Source: Ktedonobacteraceae bacterium (GTDB lineage: Bacteria; Chloroflexota; Ktedonobacteria; Ktedonobacterales; Ktedonobacteraceae). From it: a stretch of DNA of 64,000 nt. The stretch lies in assembly GCA_034437695.1 (NCBI GenBank), contig DAOTTJ010000047.1, positions 7,613 through 71,612 on the forward strand. Direction: 5' to 3'. The translations under genes were made by a program, and so were the position numbers. Positions within the stretch are counted from its first letter, which is position 1. Every line of letters starts with the position of its first letter. This document shows, in pieces, positions 41,288 through 49,663 of this stretch. The notes below the pieces were generated by a model that made no database searches, was not told the DNA's origin, and worked only from the letters and a program-made list of their open reading frames with translations.

Positions 41288-42368
41288 ATGAAGATTTCTC
41301 GACGTTTACCCTTTTCTAGTGCTATTCTTCTACTAGTCCTGTTGCTGTTCTCTACAGATGCTGGTACCCGTAATGCCCATGCGAGTGGTGGTGGTAGTCA
41401 GTTTACTCCCTTTGTGACCAGTCTACTTAATCTGGACCCGGTGAACGAAACGGTTACATTGCCGTTGCATAGCGGTGTGAGCAATGGACAAAGCGTTTCA
41501 TACATTCTGACTGATACCTCAGACCGTAATGAGGCTCAGGCATTGGGTATCAATTGGGCTCCCAGGTTGGCCGTAGCTCTTGGGACTGCCGCAGTGGAAA
41601 ATGCCACAGGAACAATTAGCGGGGGTGTTACGTTCCCGATCAACGGAACCGTAGATTTTAGTCCCACGCGGATTGTAGTACCTGGGGCTGCACCTAATTT
41701 CTTTCCGCCTGTCCAGATGCAACCAGGAGCTGCGGGCAACTCTGGCTACAGCCCACTTTTCACTCTGGGTGATGGTATTGTTCGTGATGGCTCCCAAGTT
41801 GCCAATAGCACGGGTATGAGCGACGATGTGGCGAGTATCGACTTTGTACACCAGACAGTCACACTGCATACCTTCTTTGGTTTCTGGAATGGTCATCAGA
41901 CCATTTACCTGCACTCGGATGGCTCGAATACTCTGGTTTCATCGGTAGAAGGTTCCAACTTCGCTCCTAATCTCAATACCGCTCCTACTGCTGGCTCTGA
42001 TGATCAAAACACGTCGGCTCGTGATGCGATTATCCCGATTGTCAACGGGGTGGTTCCGAGGGGTGATCCTAACCGCCAGGGATTAGACTCTGCTCTTGAT
42101 GGACAGGGAGATCCTGATAATATCAATCAGCATGTTCCTGGCAGAGAAGGTACACTCTATACGCCCATCTGGGATGTTACTCCGATTGTCTGGACGCAAG
42201 CAGCCATTGATGCAGGTCAGCCACTTGATGAGCGCTGGTTATCAAGTGGCTGACCTCTTTAGCTCAGGTCAAATTGTTGGCGGTGGCACTGGTCCGGCCA
42301 ATACCAGCCTGGGAGGTGTGCCAGCAGGGGGATTCATCTCCAACTGCCCACTGATTGCAATGGACTGA
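41288..42368 (+). pseudogene. Secreted protein of unknown function, paralogue 1 (C-terminal frameshift, or sequencing error)
   Basis: Signal peptide MKISRRLPFSSAILLLVLLLFSTDAGTRNAHA. Collinear similarity to 42739..43899 (GTVDFSP..VVPG.APN.FPP, YSPL, QVAN.TG, SDD...SAR.AI.PIVNG, NRQGL.SAL, Y.P.WDVTP..WT.AAI.AG). ORF 41288..42253 stops early, while the homologous C-terminus (GPANTSLGGVPAGGFISNCPLIAM) continues in the frame of ORF 42096..42368. Confidence 0.6.
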
Positions 42369-42436
42369 TATCACGGCTGATGGCCTGGCGAATATGTATA
42401 GTCATCCCTGATTTTGTCAAATCAGGACAAACATCC

Positions 42437-42479
42437 TACGTGTGTTGCAGGTCGCCCGTGGCGACCTGCAACACACGTA
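42437..42479. repeat. Perfect 20-bp inverted repeat with a 3-nt loop
   Basis: TACGTGTGTTGCAGGTCGCC cgt GGCGACCTGCAACACACGTA, read directly. It is followed by AAAAAAGGTTTTTCGGGG, which shares the 13-mer AGGTTTTTCGGGG with the reverse complement of 59128..59140. Confidence 0.8.
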
Positions 42480-42593
42480 AAAAAGGTTTTTCGGGGCCGC
42501 GCTCCCGAACCCCCAGTCAGAGGATGGACGTTGATCAACTGAGAGCTAGCTTCTTCCGCTTTGCGTGCGAGGACAGAAAGCCAAGAGAATAGA

Positions 42594-42643
42594 TGTAACA
42601 TTCTCGTGACTACTGGAACTATAGAGTAGATGCAGCATATTTC
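42594..42643 (+). promoter_or_regulatory. Conserved upstream element (copy 2)
   Basis: TGTAAC at 42594..42599, GGAAC at 42615..42619, then TATAGAGTAGATGCAGCATATTTCTCC. Aligns with 41165..41214. Confidence 0.55.
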
Positions 42644-42738
42644 TCCTTACAAACGTTTTAAGAAGAAATACTGTTTAAAAACATTTCATGACTTCCTTAC
42701 CTTGCTTTGCTGTGTTCATTTTAAGAAGGAGCTTACTG

Positions 42739-43899
42739 ATGAAAATCTTCAGGTCTCTCAAAAACTCGGTTGCTACTCTATTACTGCTGTTATTCGTCGT
42801 CAGTACATTCGCCCTGGTTCAGCCAGCGTTTGCCATCGGACCTCAGGCTTCTTACCTTTTACCAGAAGCTATCAGCTTCGATGGTCAGCCAGGATTACCC
42901 TCCTCGCAGGCTCAAACGGTTAGGTTGCCACTCTACGCGGGCCTGACCCCTGCGGGACTACCCACCTACTACGTGATTACAGAATCATCGAACGCGGCTG
43001 ATGCGCAACAGCGAGGAGTTAATTTCTCACCAAAACTTGCCCATGCGCTGGGTACTCAGGCGGTGCAGCAGGTTAAAGTGATTAATCCTCTACTCCCCAT
43101 TCTTAACCAGACCTTCAAGTTCACTGGAACAGTTGACTTCAGCCCTCAACTTGTGGTTGTGCCAGGAACAGCCCCTAATTACTTTCCGCCAGAACAGCTT
43201 GCTCCCGGTTCAGTAGGGGATACCAACTACAGCCCGCTGATTACGACTGGCAATGGGATTGTTCTCGACGCGCCCCAGGTTGCTAACCTGACAGGGAAAC
43301 ACGACACGGTAGTATCACTCGACCTCCTCCATATGACGGTTACTGTGACACTGTTTGGAGGCTTCTACGAGGACCATCCTGTTCTCTATACACGTTTCTC
43401 AGCCTCAGATCCATTGCTGGCAGCAATCGAGGGTAGCACCTATACCCCCAACCTTAATGCAGCTCCTGGTCTGGCTTCTGACGATCCAGCCACTTCAGCA
43501 CGTGAGGCTATCGTACCCATTGTCAATGGGCAAACAGGTGTGAACAATCCTCAGCGCCAGGGCTTAAACTCAGCCCTGGCTGGCGAAGGCGCACCACTCA
43601 ATAGCATCCAGGAAGAACCAGCACCTGCCAGCGACAGTTCCAGTCAGTTCTATAGTCCTGTCTGGGATGTCACACCGGGATTATGGACGGATGCGGCTAT
43701 TTCCGCTGGCTTCCGTGTCAGGCTGACCAGCGTTGATCCAACGACTGGCACTGCTCATGTTGAACAGCAAGCCGAAACTGGCAATCTTGTCAGCCCCGAC
43801 TTCGCCAGTGGACCTTATAACCCAACTGTCGAGCTGAATGCTGCTGGCTTTGTCTCTCTCTGCCCGGTAGTGGCTGTACTACCCATTGGGAGCTACTAA
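42739..43899 (+). CDS. Secreted protein of unknown function, paralogue 2
   Basis: AAGGAG Shine-Dalgarno before ATG 42739. Signal peptide MKIFRSLKNSVATLLLLLFVVSTFALVQPAFA. Homologous to 41288..42368. Confidence 0.7.
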   Translation: MKIFRSLKNSVATLLLLLFVVSTFALVQPAFAIGPQASYLLPEAISFDGQPGLPSSQAQTVRLPLYAGLTPAGLPTYYVITESSNAADAQQRGVNFSPKLAHALGTQAVQQVKVINPLLPILNQTFKFTGTVDFSPQLVVVPGTAPNYFPPEQLAPGSVGDTNYSPLITTGNGIVLDAPQVANLTGKHDTVVSLDLLHMTVTVTLFGGFYEDHPVLYTRFSASDPLLAAIEGSTYTPNLNAAPGLASDDPATSAREAIVPIVNGQTGVNNPQRQGLNSALAGEGAPLNSIQEEPAPASDSSSQFYSPVWDVTPGLWTDAAISAGFRVRLTSVDPTTGTAHVEQQAETGNLVSPDFASGPYNPTVELNAAGFVSLCPVVAVLPIGSY

Positions 43900-43922
43900 T
43901 AAAAGAGAGAGAGAGCCGAGCC

Positions 43923-43953
43923 AGAACCCCTGCTGAAAGACAGCAGGGGTTCT
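43923..43953 (+). terminator. Hairpin terminator candidate (13-bp stem)
   Basis: AGAACCCCTGCTG aaaga CAGCAGGGGTTCT, 24 nt after the stop at 43899. No clear U-tract. Confidence 0.55.
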
Positions 43954-44135
43954 TAACTGACCACAACGGCTCACCCATCGCAGGATGATTGCTCACACGG
44001 CGGAAGAACTTCACGCATCAGCACAGCCGCCGGATCGCCACTCAGTTCGGAGTGACATGACCATGCAGAAGAGGTGAGCCGATCAGTGGTGATCGGTTCC
44101 CACATTCATGGAAGTTTCATCTTGAGGGAGCGCGT

Positions 44136-45446
44136 TCAGGACTCGTGTTCGCTTTTGCTCCACCAGGGTAAGAGAAGCGACAGGCCGATGCCCTGACCCA
44201 GCAGGGTCACCAGCACTACGCCATAGACCATACCTTCTAGCAAGCCACGGTCGGGCAGTGTAAGGGGGAGACTCAGCATCAACGCCACCGAGAGTGCGCC
44301 GCGCAGACCCGAGAGCAGAAGGATGGGTCGCCAGCGACGAGGCAGCGGTTCTGGACGCGCGAAGAGTGAGGGGGACGGCTTGGTGAGTCTCTGCCTGGCG
44401 AAGCGGTGGGCAAAGGCGTCGTAGAGCGGCAGCAGGAGGTAGATCATGGCGGCGCGACCGATGATGACGCCGAGCAAGGCAAGGCCGAGGCTGGGTAAGG
44501 CGCGAAAGAGGGCGCTTTCGCCAATCTGGATGCCCAGGAAGAGGAAGAGCAACGAGTTGGCAAAGTAGCTAAGAAAATCCCATACCTCGTGAGTCGCCTC
44601 GCGTGCGCGGTCGGAGAGGCCCGTTTGCCGACCATAGCTGCCCAGGACGAGGCCCGCAACCACGACCGCGAGCAGTCCCGAGGTGTGAAGCCAGACCCCA
44701 AGCAAGTAGACCCCATAGGCGGTACTCACCGTTGCGGTCATCTCGATCAGATGGTCGTCAACCAGGCGCAACAGGCGCGAAACCACGAAACCTAGACCTA
44801 GACCGAGCAGTAGACCGCCGAGCAGCAACCAGACGATCTCCAGCACACTCATCCACCCCGGAGTTCCTGTCCCACCCGGCGAGACCAGCAGCAGACCGAG
44901 CACCAGGGTAAAGATGGCGGCTCCGACTCCATCGTTGAAGAGACTCTCGCCCTCGACAATCGTGCGCAGCCGATCGGAGAGACCCATCTGACGTAAAAGG
45001 GCCAGCACGGCAATCGGATCGGTCGGCGAGATCATCGCTCCCAGCAGTAGAGCAAGCAACCAGGGAAGTCCGATCGTCCAGTGCAGAAGCGCGGCGACGA
45101 TGAAGACCGCGAGAAACAGACCCGGCACCGCGAGCAAGAGCACGATAAGCCAGTTGGCGGTCAGTAGCTTTACATCCACGTTCCAGGCTCCTTCAAAGAG
45201 CAGGGCCGGAAGAAAGAGAAAGACAACGACATCTGGACTTAAACGCACATCCGGCAAAAACGGCGAAAAGCCAATCAGGAGGCCTACGACCACCAGCACA
45301 AGCGTATACGGCAGACGGAGCGGGCGCGAGATGAGGGCGACAACCAGAGTAATCAGGACCAGCAGAACCAGGAGTTGGACGCTGTGCTCGGTGTCGTCAC
45401 CGGCCAGCAAGAGACTCGCGAGAGCCAGAGGGAACGCGTGGTGCAT
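44136..45446 (-). CDS. Na+/H+ (cation:proton) antiporter, CPA1/NhaP-like
   Basis: About 11 hydrophobic segments. ISPTDPIAVLALLRQMG and ESLFNDGVGAAIFTL are typical CPA1 motifs. Start taken at MHHAFPLA. Confidence 0.85.
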   Translation of the reverse strand: MHHAFPLALASLLLAGDDTEHSVQLLVLLVLITLVVALISRPLRLPYTLVLVVVGLLIGFSPFLPDVRLSPDVVVFLFLPALLFEGAWNVDVKLLTANWLIVLLLAVPGLFLAVFIVAALLHWTIGLPWLLALLLGAMISPTDPIAVLALLRQMGLSDRLRTIVEGESLFNDGVGAAIFTLVLGLLLVSPGGTGTPGWMSVLEIVWLLLGGLLLGLGLGFVVSRLLRLVDDHLIEMTATVSTAYGVYLLGVWLHTSGLLAVVVAGLVLGSYGRQTGLSDRAREATHEVWDFLSYFANSLLFLFLGIQIGESALFRALPSLGLALLGVIIGRAAMIYLLLPLYDAFAHRFARQRLTKPSPSLFARPEPLPRRWRPILLLSGLRGALSVALMLSLPLTLPDRGLLEGMVYGVVLVTLLGQGIGLSLLLPWWSKSEHES

Positions 45447-45606
45447 CGAGAACTCCTTACAAACAAGACACAAAAACACCGGGACCTGCCGACTAGGCTT
45501 CCCGGCGCTCCGTATACAGCAACGTGTATCATACCCGCGCAGGCGGAAACAAGGTGGCGACTGGCACATAGCGAGCGCATGTTAGAAGAGTGCAGAAGAG
45601 GTTGAG

Positions 45607-46557
45607 CTAGACCGACCCCCAGCGAGTAATTTTCCACACTCCCTGGACCTTCTCAATCCAGAACTGTGTTTGGTCAGGAACATTCGGATCGACCTCCGGT
45701 GTAATATAGGTAATAATACCAGTGAAAACATTTGTATTCGCGACTCTTTGAACGGTTCCATCAGTACATTTTGTGATGTTTTCTGCTGACCAGCCTCTTA
45801 TAATGCCCTCGAAGCCTCCGTTATTCTTTTGAGTCAGAGGTGCAATCAATGCATAAGCATCAGGATACTCACCTTTTTGTAGATCATCGCAAAAGCGGTG
45901 CAGGATTTGTTGGGGCTGTAAATTGTCAGATGGCGCTCCTTGCGAAGATGCTCCTACTGTTTTTACTACTAATAAAAGGGCTACGCAAAGGCAGAAAAAC
46001 AGCAGACAATACAACCATAGAGAAAAACCTTTCACCTTCCGCTGGAGAAGATGAACGGCAGCAAGTAGTTGAACTCTTTTTTGGGGTAGCGGTGTTTGAG
46101 GAAACATTGATGCCAGGAGTTCCCGGAGATCGTGAACGCAGGAGCACCAACCTTCCTCTTTGTCTTGCCAGGACTTTATGGGTATTTTATTCGCAGGCAG
46201 ATAGGGGAGTTCTCTTATAGAAGCGTCTTCTTCCCAAGCAAACGGGCGGACAATCAAAAGGATCGCCCGTGCAGTTCCATCTCGATTACGTTGGAGTACC
46301 CTTTCCATCAGGGTATTCTCACCGGTCATCATCGTTTGATAAAAACGAGAAGTCAGGAAGATAATAATGCAATCGTCATGCTCCACGTGTGCTAAAAGTT
46401 GGTCCTTCGACTCCCCAGCCTGGAGATACTTTATAGACCAGTAGGTAAATTGTCCATTCCGACGAAGAGGAAGGAGATGCTTTTCCCATTCATTTAGCAG
46501 CTCAATATCATCTATACAAAAGAGCGTCATAAGACGAGGGACGTTCTGCTGGGACAT
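45607..46557 (-). CDS. TIR-like domain / single TM / extracytoplasmic NTF2(SnoaL)-like domain protein
   Basis: N-terminal roughly 150 aa: LFCIDDIELLNEWEKHLLPLRRNGQFTYWSIKYLQAGESKDQLLAHVEHDDCIIIFLTSRFYQ...RAILLIVRPFAWEE...LPYLPANKIPIKSWQDKEEGW..VHDLRELL. This follows the bacterial TIR_2 pattern (..L..HL..L.r.G.i..W.d..i.aG......I...l..adiiilLiS..F..S......E......r.iPvilrp..w......L..lqaLP....pi..w). TM segment WLYCLLFFCLCVALLLVV. C-terminal QQILHRFCDDLQKGEYPDAYALI...FWIEKVQGVWKITRW. Confidence 0.65.
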   Translation of the reverse strand: MSQQNVPRLMTLFCIDDIELLNEWEKHLLPLRRNGQFTYWSIKYLQAGESKDQLLAHVEHDDCIIIFLTSRFYQTMMTGENTLMERVLQRNRDGTARAILLIVRPFAWEEDASIRELPYLPANKIPIKSWQDKEEGWCSCVHDLRELLASMFPQTPLPQKRVQLLAAVHLLQRKVKGFSLWLYCLLFFCLCVALLLVVKTVGASSQGAPSDNLQPQQILHRFCDDLQKGEYPDAYALIAPLTQKNNGGFEGIIRGWSAENITKCTDGTVQRVANTNVFTGIITYITPEVDPNVPDQTQFWIEKVQGVWKITRWGSV

Positions 46558-46887
46558 GTGTTGACTTTGATCCTCCTTTCTATGTTTAATTATTTCGCTT
46601 GCTAGTATAACATCGTTTATCTATGGATGCAATAATGAAAAGATATCGATGAAAGAAAGGCATTTTCATAGAACATCGTATTAAAAGTGCTTGATATAGC
46701 AAAAGCTGACATTCGTGGCCTCCAAGCTGCGATAAAGATTGTTACAAGGAAGCTTCGGGGGGATAGGCAAATGGCGCAGATAGCCCTCGTAGTAGAAGAG
46801 AGCTATCCTGGCACGATGACTTTTGCTACTGGTCTGGAGAAGAGAGATTTTGTAGTGGTTTAAGAGACCTTTCTGTCGAAGGGAAAG

Positions 46888-47379
46888 CTAGATGTCCGGT
46901 GCCTGAAGGCCGTGCATGCCCAACGAGTAGCCAATTTCGCCACCGTGATGCAGGTCATGCTCGATGACGTGCCAGATAACCCAGCCGCGCATATACGTAT
47001 CTATCTTGCCATCTTCCAACTTGTCCTCGAAGAGGACTTGCAGGTCGGCGGGGGTGTAGTGTGCCAGCGCCTCCTGTATCGTCTGCCAGGTGGCCGCTAA
47101 TCCGTGTACTAGTTCACTGGCAGAGCGCGTTGGACTGCCCGGTTCATTCCAGGAAGAGAACTCGGCGAAGGCATCATCCCCCTCTTGCAGAACGTGGTGA
47201 TACCAGCCGGCACGCACTGCTATAATGTGAAGCGCCAGTTCCTCGATGGAACGCAGATTGGGCGCAGCACGCAACGCAAGCTGCTCAACTGATAAAGGTG
47301 CAAGAGCTTTGCTCAATTCGTTCTGATAGGTTTGCCAGCCTTCAGTCATAATGGCAAGGGTTCTATTTGTCTCGCTCAT
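46888..47379 (-). CDS. DinB-family protein
   Basis: EELALHIIAVRAGWYHHVL, WVIWHVIEHDLHHGGEIGYSLG. Confidence 0.8.
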   Translation of the reverse strand: MSETNRTLAIMTEGWQTYQNELSKALAPLSVEQLALRAAPNLRSIEELALHIIAVRAGWYHHVLQEGDDAFAEFSSWNEPGSPTRSASELVHGLAATWQTIQEALAHYTPADLQVLFEDKLEDGKIDTYMRGWVIWHVIEHDLHHGGEIGYSLGMHGLQAPDI

Positions 47380-47542
47380 GAATAACGCTCCTTCATGCAT
47401 CTCCGTCGATCCTTATAGAGAGGATCAATCAACGTCTTCTGAATCACATCCTACCAGTGAAAGAGGTCAGAAGAAGCCCTCATTTGAACATCTCTGTTTG
47501 AGCATTCCTCCCCTTATTCATGAAACTGAGGGTGTTTGAAGG

Positions 47543-48763
47543 TCAGCGATTGGATGAAGCACTGGGTTCAAGCGTCGCAGGAAACTGATCGTTCTGCGGG
47601 GGTTGGTCTCTGCTCACTGCGCGGGCGCAGAGAGCCGCACACAGACTCAGCGCGACGACAAAGCCGAGGGCGAGACGCAGGCTCAGTGCGTTTGCGATAA
47701 AACCGATAACGGGGGGTCCGACCAGGAATCCCAGATAGCCACAGGTAGCGACCGCAGCAATCGCCGTGCCAGCCGCTTGCTTCGTGGTGCGGCTGGCGGC
47801 ACTGAGCGTCAGTGGGAAGACCACAGAGATGCCTGCACCCACCAGACCGAAGCCGAGCAGCGCGATTGGCACCCAGAGCACAATCAGAGCAAGCGTGAGT
47901 CCTATTGCAGCCAGGAGTCCTCCCAGTTGCATCAGGGTCCTTGCGCCCAGACGCGTCGTCAGTCGATCGCCCATCCCGCGGCCCAGCGCCATCACCACCG
48001 AGAAAGCTGCATAGCCAATCGCGGCAAGTCCCACGCCAGTGTGCAGGGTTCCATTGAGATAGATCGCGCTCCAATCGGCGATCGCTCCCTCGGTCAGCAC
48101 GACACAAAAAGCCACCAGACCCAGGACCAGAATGGCCCGCGTGGGGCGAGCAAATGCGACTGCCGTTGGCTGAGCCTCCGTGCTGGCGGGCAAGAGGAGA
48201 CGCGTGATGGAGAGCGTCAGGATGGCGCAAAAGAGAGCGATCGCAAGAAAATGGGGCAAGAGCGCCAGATTGTGCGAGGCCGCCAGACCGCCAAGCAGCG
48301 CCCCGAGCAGTCCGCCAAGACTAAAACAGGCGTGGAACGAATTGAGGATTGGGCGACCATAGCGCCGCTCGACAGCTACCCCCTGCGTGTTCATCGCCAC
48401 ATCCATCGATCCGTTGCTGGCCCCGAAAAGTACAAGCGCCGGCACGAGCAAGGGCAGAGTTGATGGGAGGGCCAGCAGTGCAAGCACAAGACAGAGGATC
48501 AAGGCCGCGATTATCGTGACGGATCGACTGCCGAAACGAGCGGCAAGATAACCGGACAGGTTCATTGCGACCAGCGCACCAACGGCGATGCCAAGCAGTG
48601 CAAGACCAAGTTCGGCCGGGCTAAGCGCAAGTTTGGCCTGGACGGACGGAATGCGTGTCGCCCAGGTGGCAAGGATCACGCCATTGAGAAAAAAGAGCAG
48701 CGCCACTGCATACCGCGCAGCTCGTGGCACCGGTAAAATCGTCTGAGTCTGATTGCCTGACAT
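47543..48763 (-). CDS. MFS transporter (12-TMS type)
   Basis: A hydrophobic repeat pattern throughout. The GDRLTTRLGAR loop motif lies in the second half of the protein. Confidence 0.8.
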   Translation of the reverse strand: MSGNQTQTILPVPRAARYAVALLFFLNGVILATWATRIPSVQAKLALSPAELGLALLGIAVGALVAMNLSGYLAARFGSRSVTIIAALILCLVLALLALPSTLPLLVPALVLFGASNGSMDVAMNTQGVAVERRYGRPILNSFHACFSLGGLLGALLGGLAASHNLALLPHFLAIALFCAILTLSITRLLLPASTEAQPTAVAFARPTRAILVLGLVAFCVVLTEGAIADWSAIYLNGTLHTGVGLAAIGYAAFSVVMALGRGMGDRLTTRLGARTLMQLGGLLAAIGLTLALIVLWVPIALLGFGLVGAGISVVFPLTLSAASRTTKQAAGTAIAAVATCGYLGFLVGPPVIGFIANALSLRLALGFVVALSLCAALCARAVSRDQPPQNDQFPATLEPSASSNR

Positions 48764-48787
48764 CGCTGTTCCCCATCATAAATGTTC

Positions 48788-48816
48788 TTGACAGAACTTC
48801 TAAAAACGCATAAAAT
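48788..48816 (+). promoter_or_regulatory. Sigma-70-like promoter candidate TTGACA-17 nt-TAAAAT for the DeoR-family gene
   Basis: TTGACA at 48788..48793 and TAAAAT at 48811..48816, 83 nt before the ATG at 48899. Confidence 0.5.
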
Positions 48817-48837
48817 TGCAATTTAGAAAAGTATACC

Positions 48838-48883
48838 CGCACAAACACGCGAAGTCAAGCTAGTATACACGCGTGTTTGTGCG
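48838..48883. promoter_or_regulatory. 14-bp perfect inverted repeat (18-nt spacer) in the MFS/DeoR divergent intergenic region: operator or 5'-UTR hairpin
   Basis: CGCACAAACACGCG (48838..48851) and CGCGTGTTTGTGCG (48870..48883). The motif AGTATAC precedes each arm. Confidence 0.5.
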
Positions 48884-48898
48884 AGAAAAAGGGACCAT

Positions 48899-49663
48899 AT
48901 GCTGAAAGAGGAACGTCAACACATCATCCTTGCGATGGTGCACCAGGATGGGAAGGTCCTGGTCACCGAGCTGATCAGCCGCTTCAACGTCTCGGAGGAT
49001 ACCATTCGGCGCGACCTCAACGATCTCGCCGAGGAGGGAACGCTTCAGCGCGTTCACGGGGGAGCACTGCCGCGCTCGCCTTCTCTGCCGTACGGGCAGC
49101 GTGTACAGGAAGGGAGCGTGAGCAAGAAGGCACTTGCTGAGACCGCCGCTCGCTTCATTCAGGATAGGCAGGTGGTACTGATGGACAGCGGGAGCACCGT
49201 GCTTGAAGTGGTGGCCTACCTTCCCACGAATTTACGCGCAACCATCGTCACCAACAGCCTGCCAGTCGCGGTAGCGCTCACCGGGCATACAGGCATCGAG
49301 GTCCAGGTGCTGGGCGGACGGCTCAAGAAAGACGCCCAGGCGATGGTAGGCGTGCCTGTCGTAGAAGCCTTGCGCCGCCTACGGGCCGATCTATGCTTGC
49401 TCGGCGTCTGCAATCTGCATCCCGAGGTTGGGATCAGCATGCTCGACGCCGAGGAGGCCTATGTCAAACGGGCAATGATTGAGCAGGCAGCCGAAGTGAT
49501 CGCAGTCGCCGAAGGAGCAAAGCTGGGAACAGCCGCGCCATACGTGATTGGTCCGATCAGCACGCTGACCTATTTAGTGACTGAGAGTTCAGTCGAACAA
49601 CGCGTGCGTGCAGCCTATGAAGAGCGCGGGGTCATCGTCGTGAGCGGTGAGACGCGCGATTGA
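48899..49663 (+). CDS. DeoR/GlpR-family transcriptional regulator
   Basis: MLKEERQHIILAMVHQDGKVLVTELISRFNVSEDTIRRDLNDLAEEGTLQRVHGGA plus a DeoR C-terminal sensor domain. Confidence 0.9.
   Translation: MLKEERQHIILAMVHQDGKVLVTELISRFNVSEDTIRRDLNDLAEEGTLQRVHGGALPRSPSLPYGQRVQEGSVSKKALAETAARFIQDRQVVLMDSGSTVLEVVAYLPTNLRATIVTNSLPVAVALTGHTGIEVQVLGGRLKKDAQAMVGVPVVEALRRLRADLCLLGVCNLHPEVGISMLDAEEAYVKRAMIEQAAEVIAVAEGAKLGTAAPYVIGPISTLTYLVTESSVEQRVRAAYEERGVIVVSGETRD

Noticed and set aside
47568-48463. ORFs of 220 and 286 aa overlapping the MFS transporter gene
   Set aside because: They are alternative-frame or antisense shadows of a gene with a clear 12-TMS hydrophobic pattern, and they have no motifs of their own.
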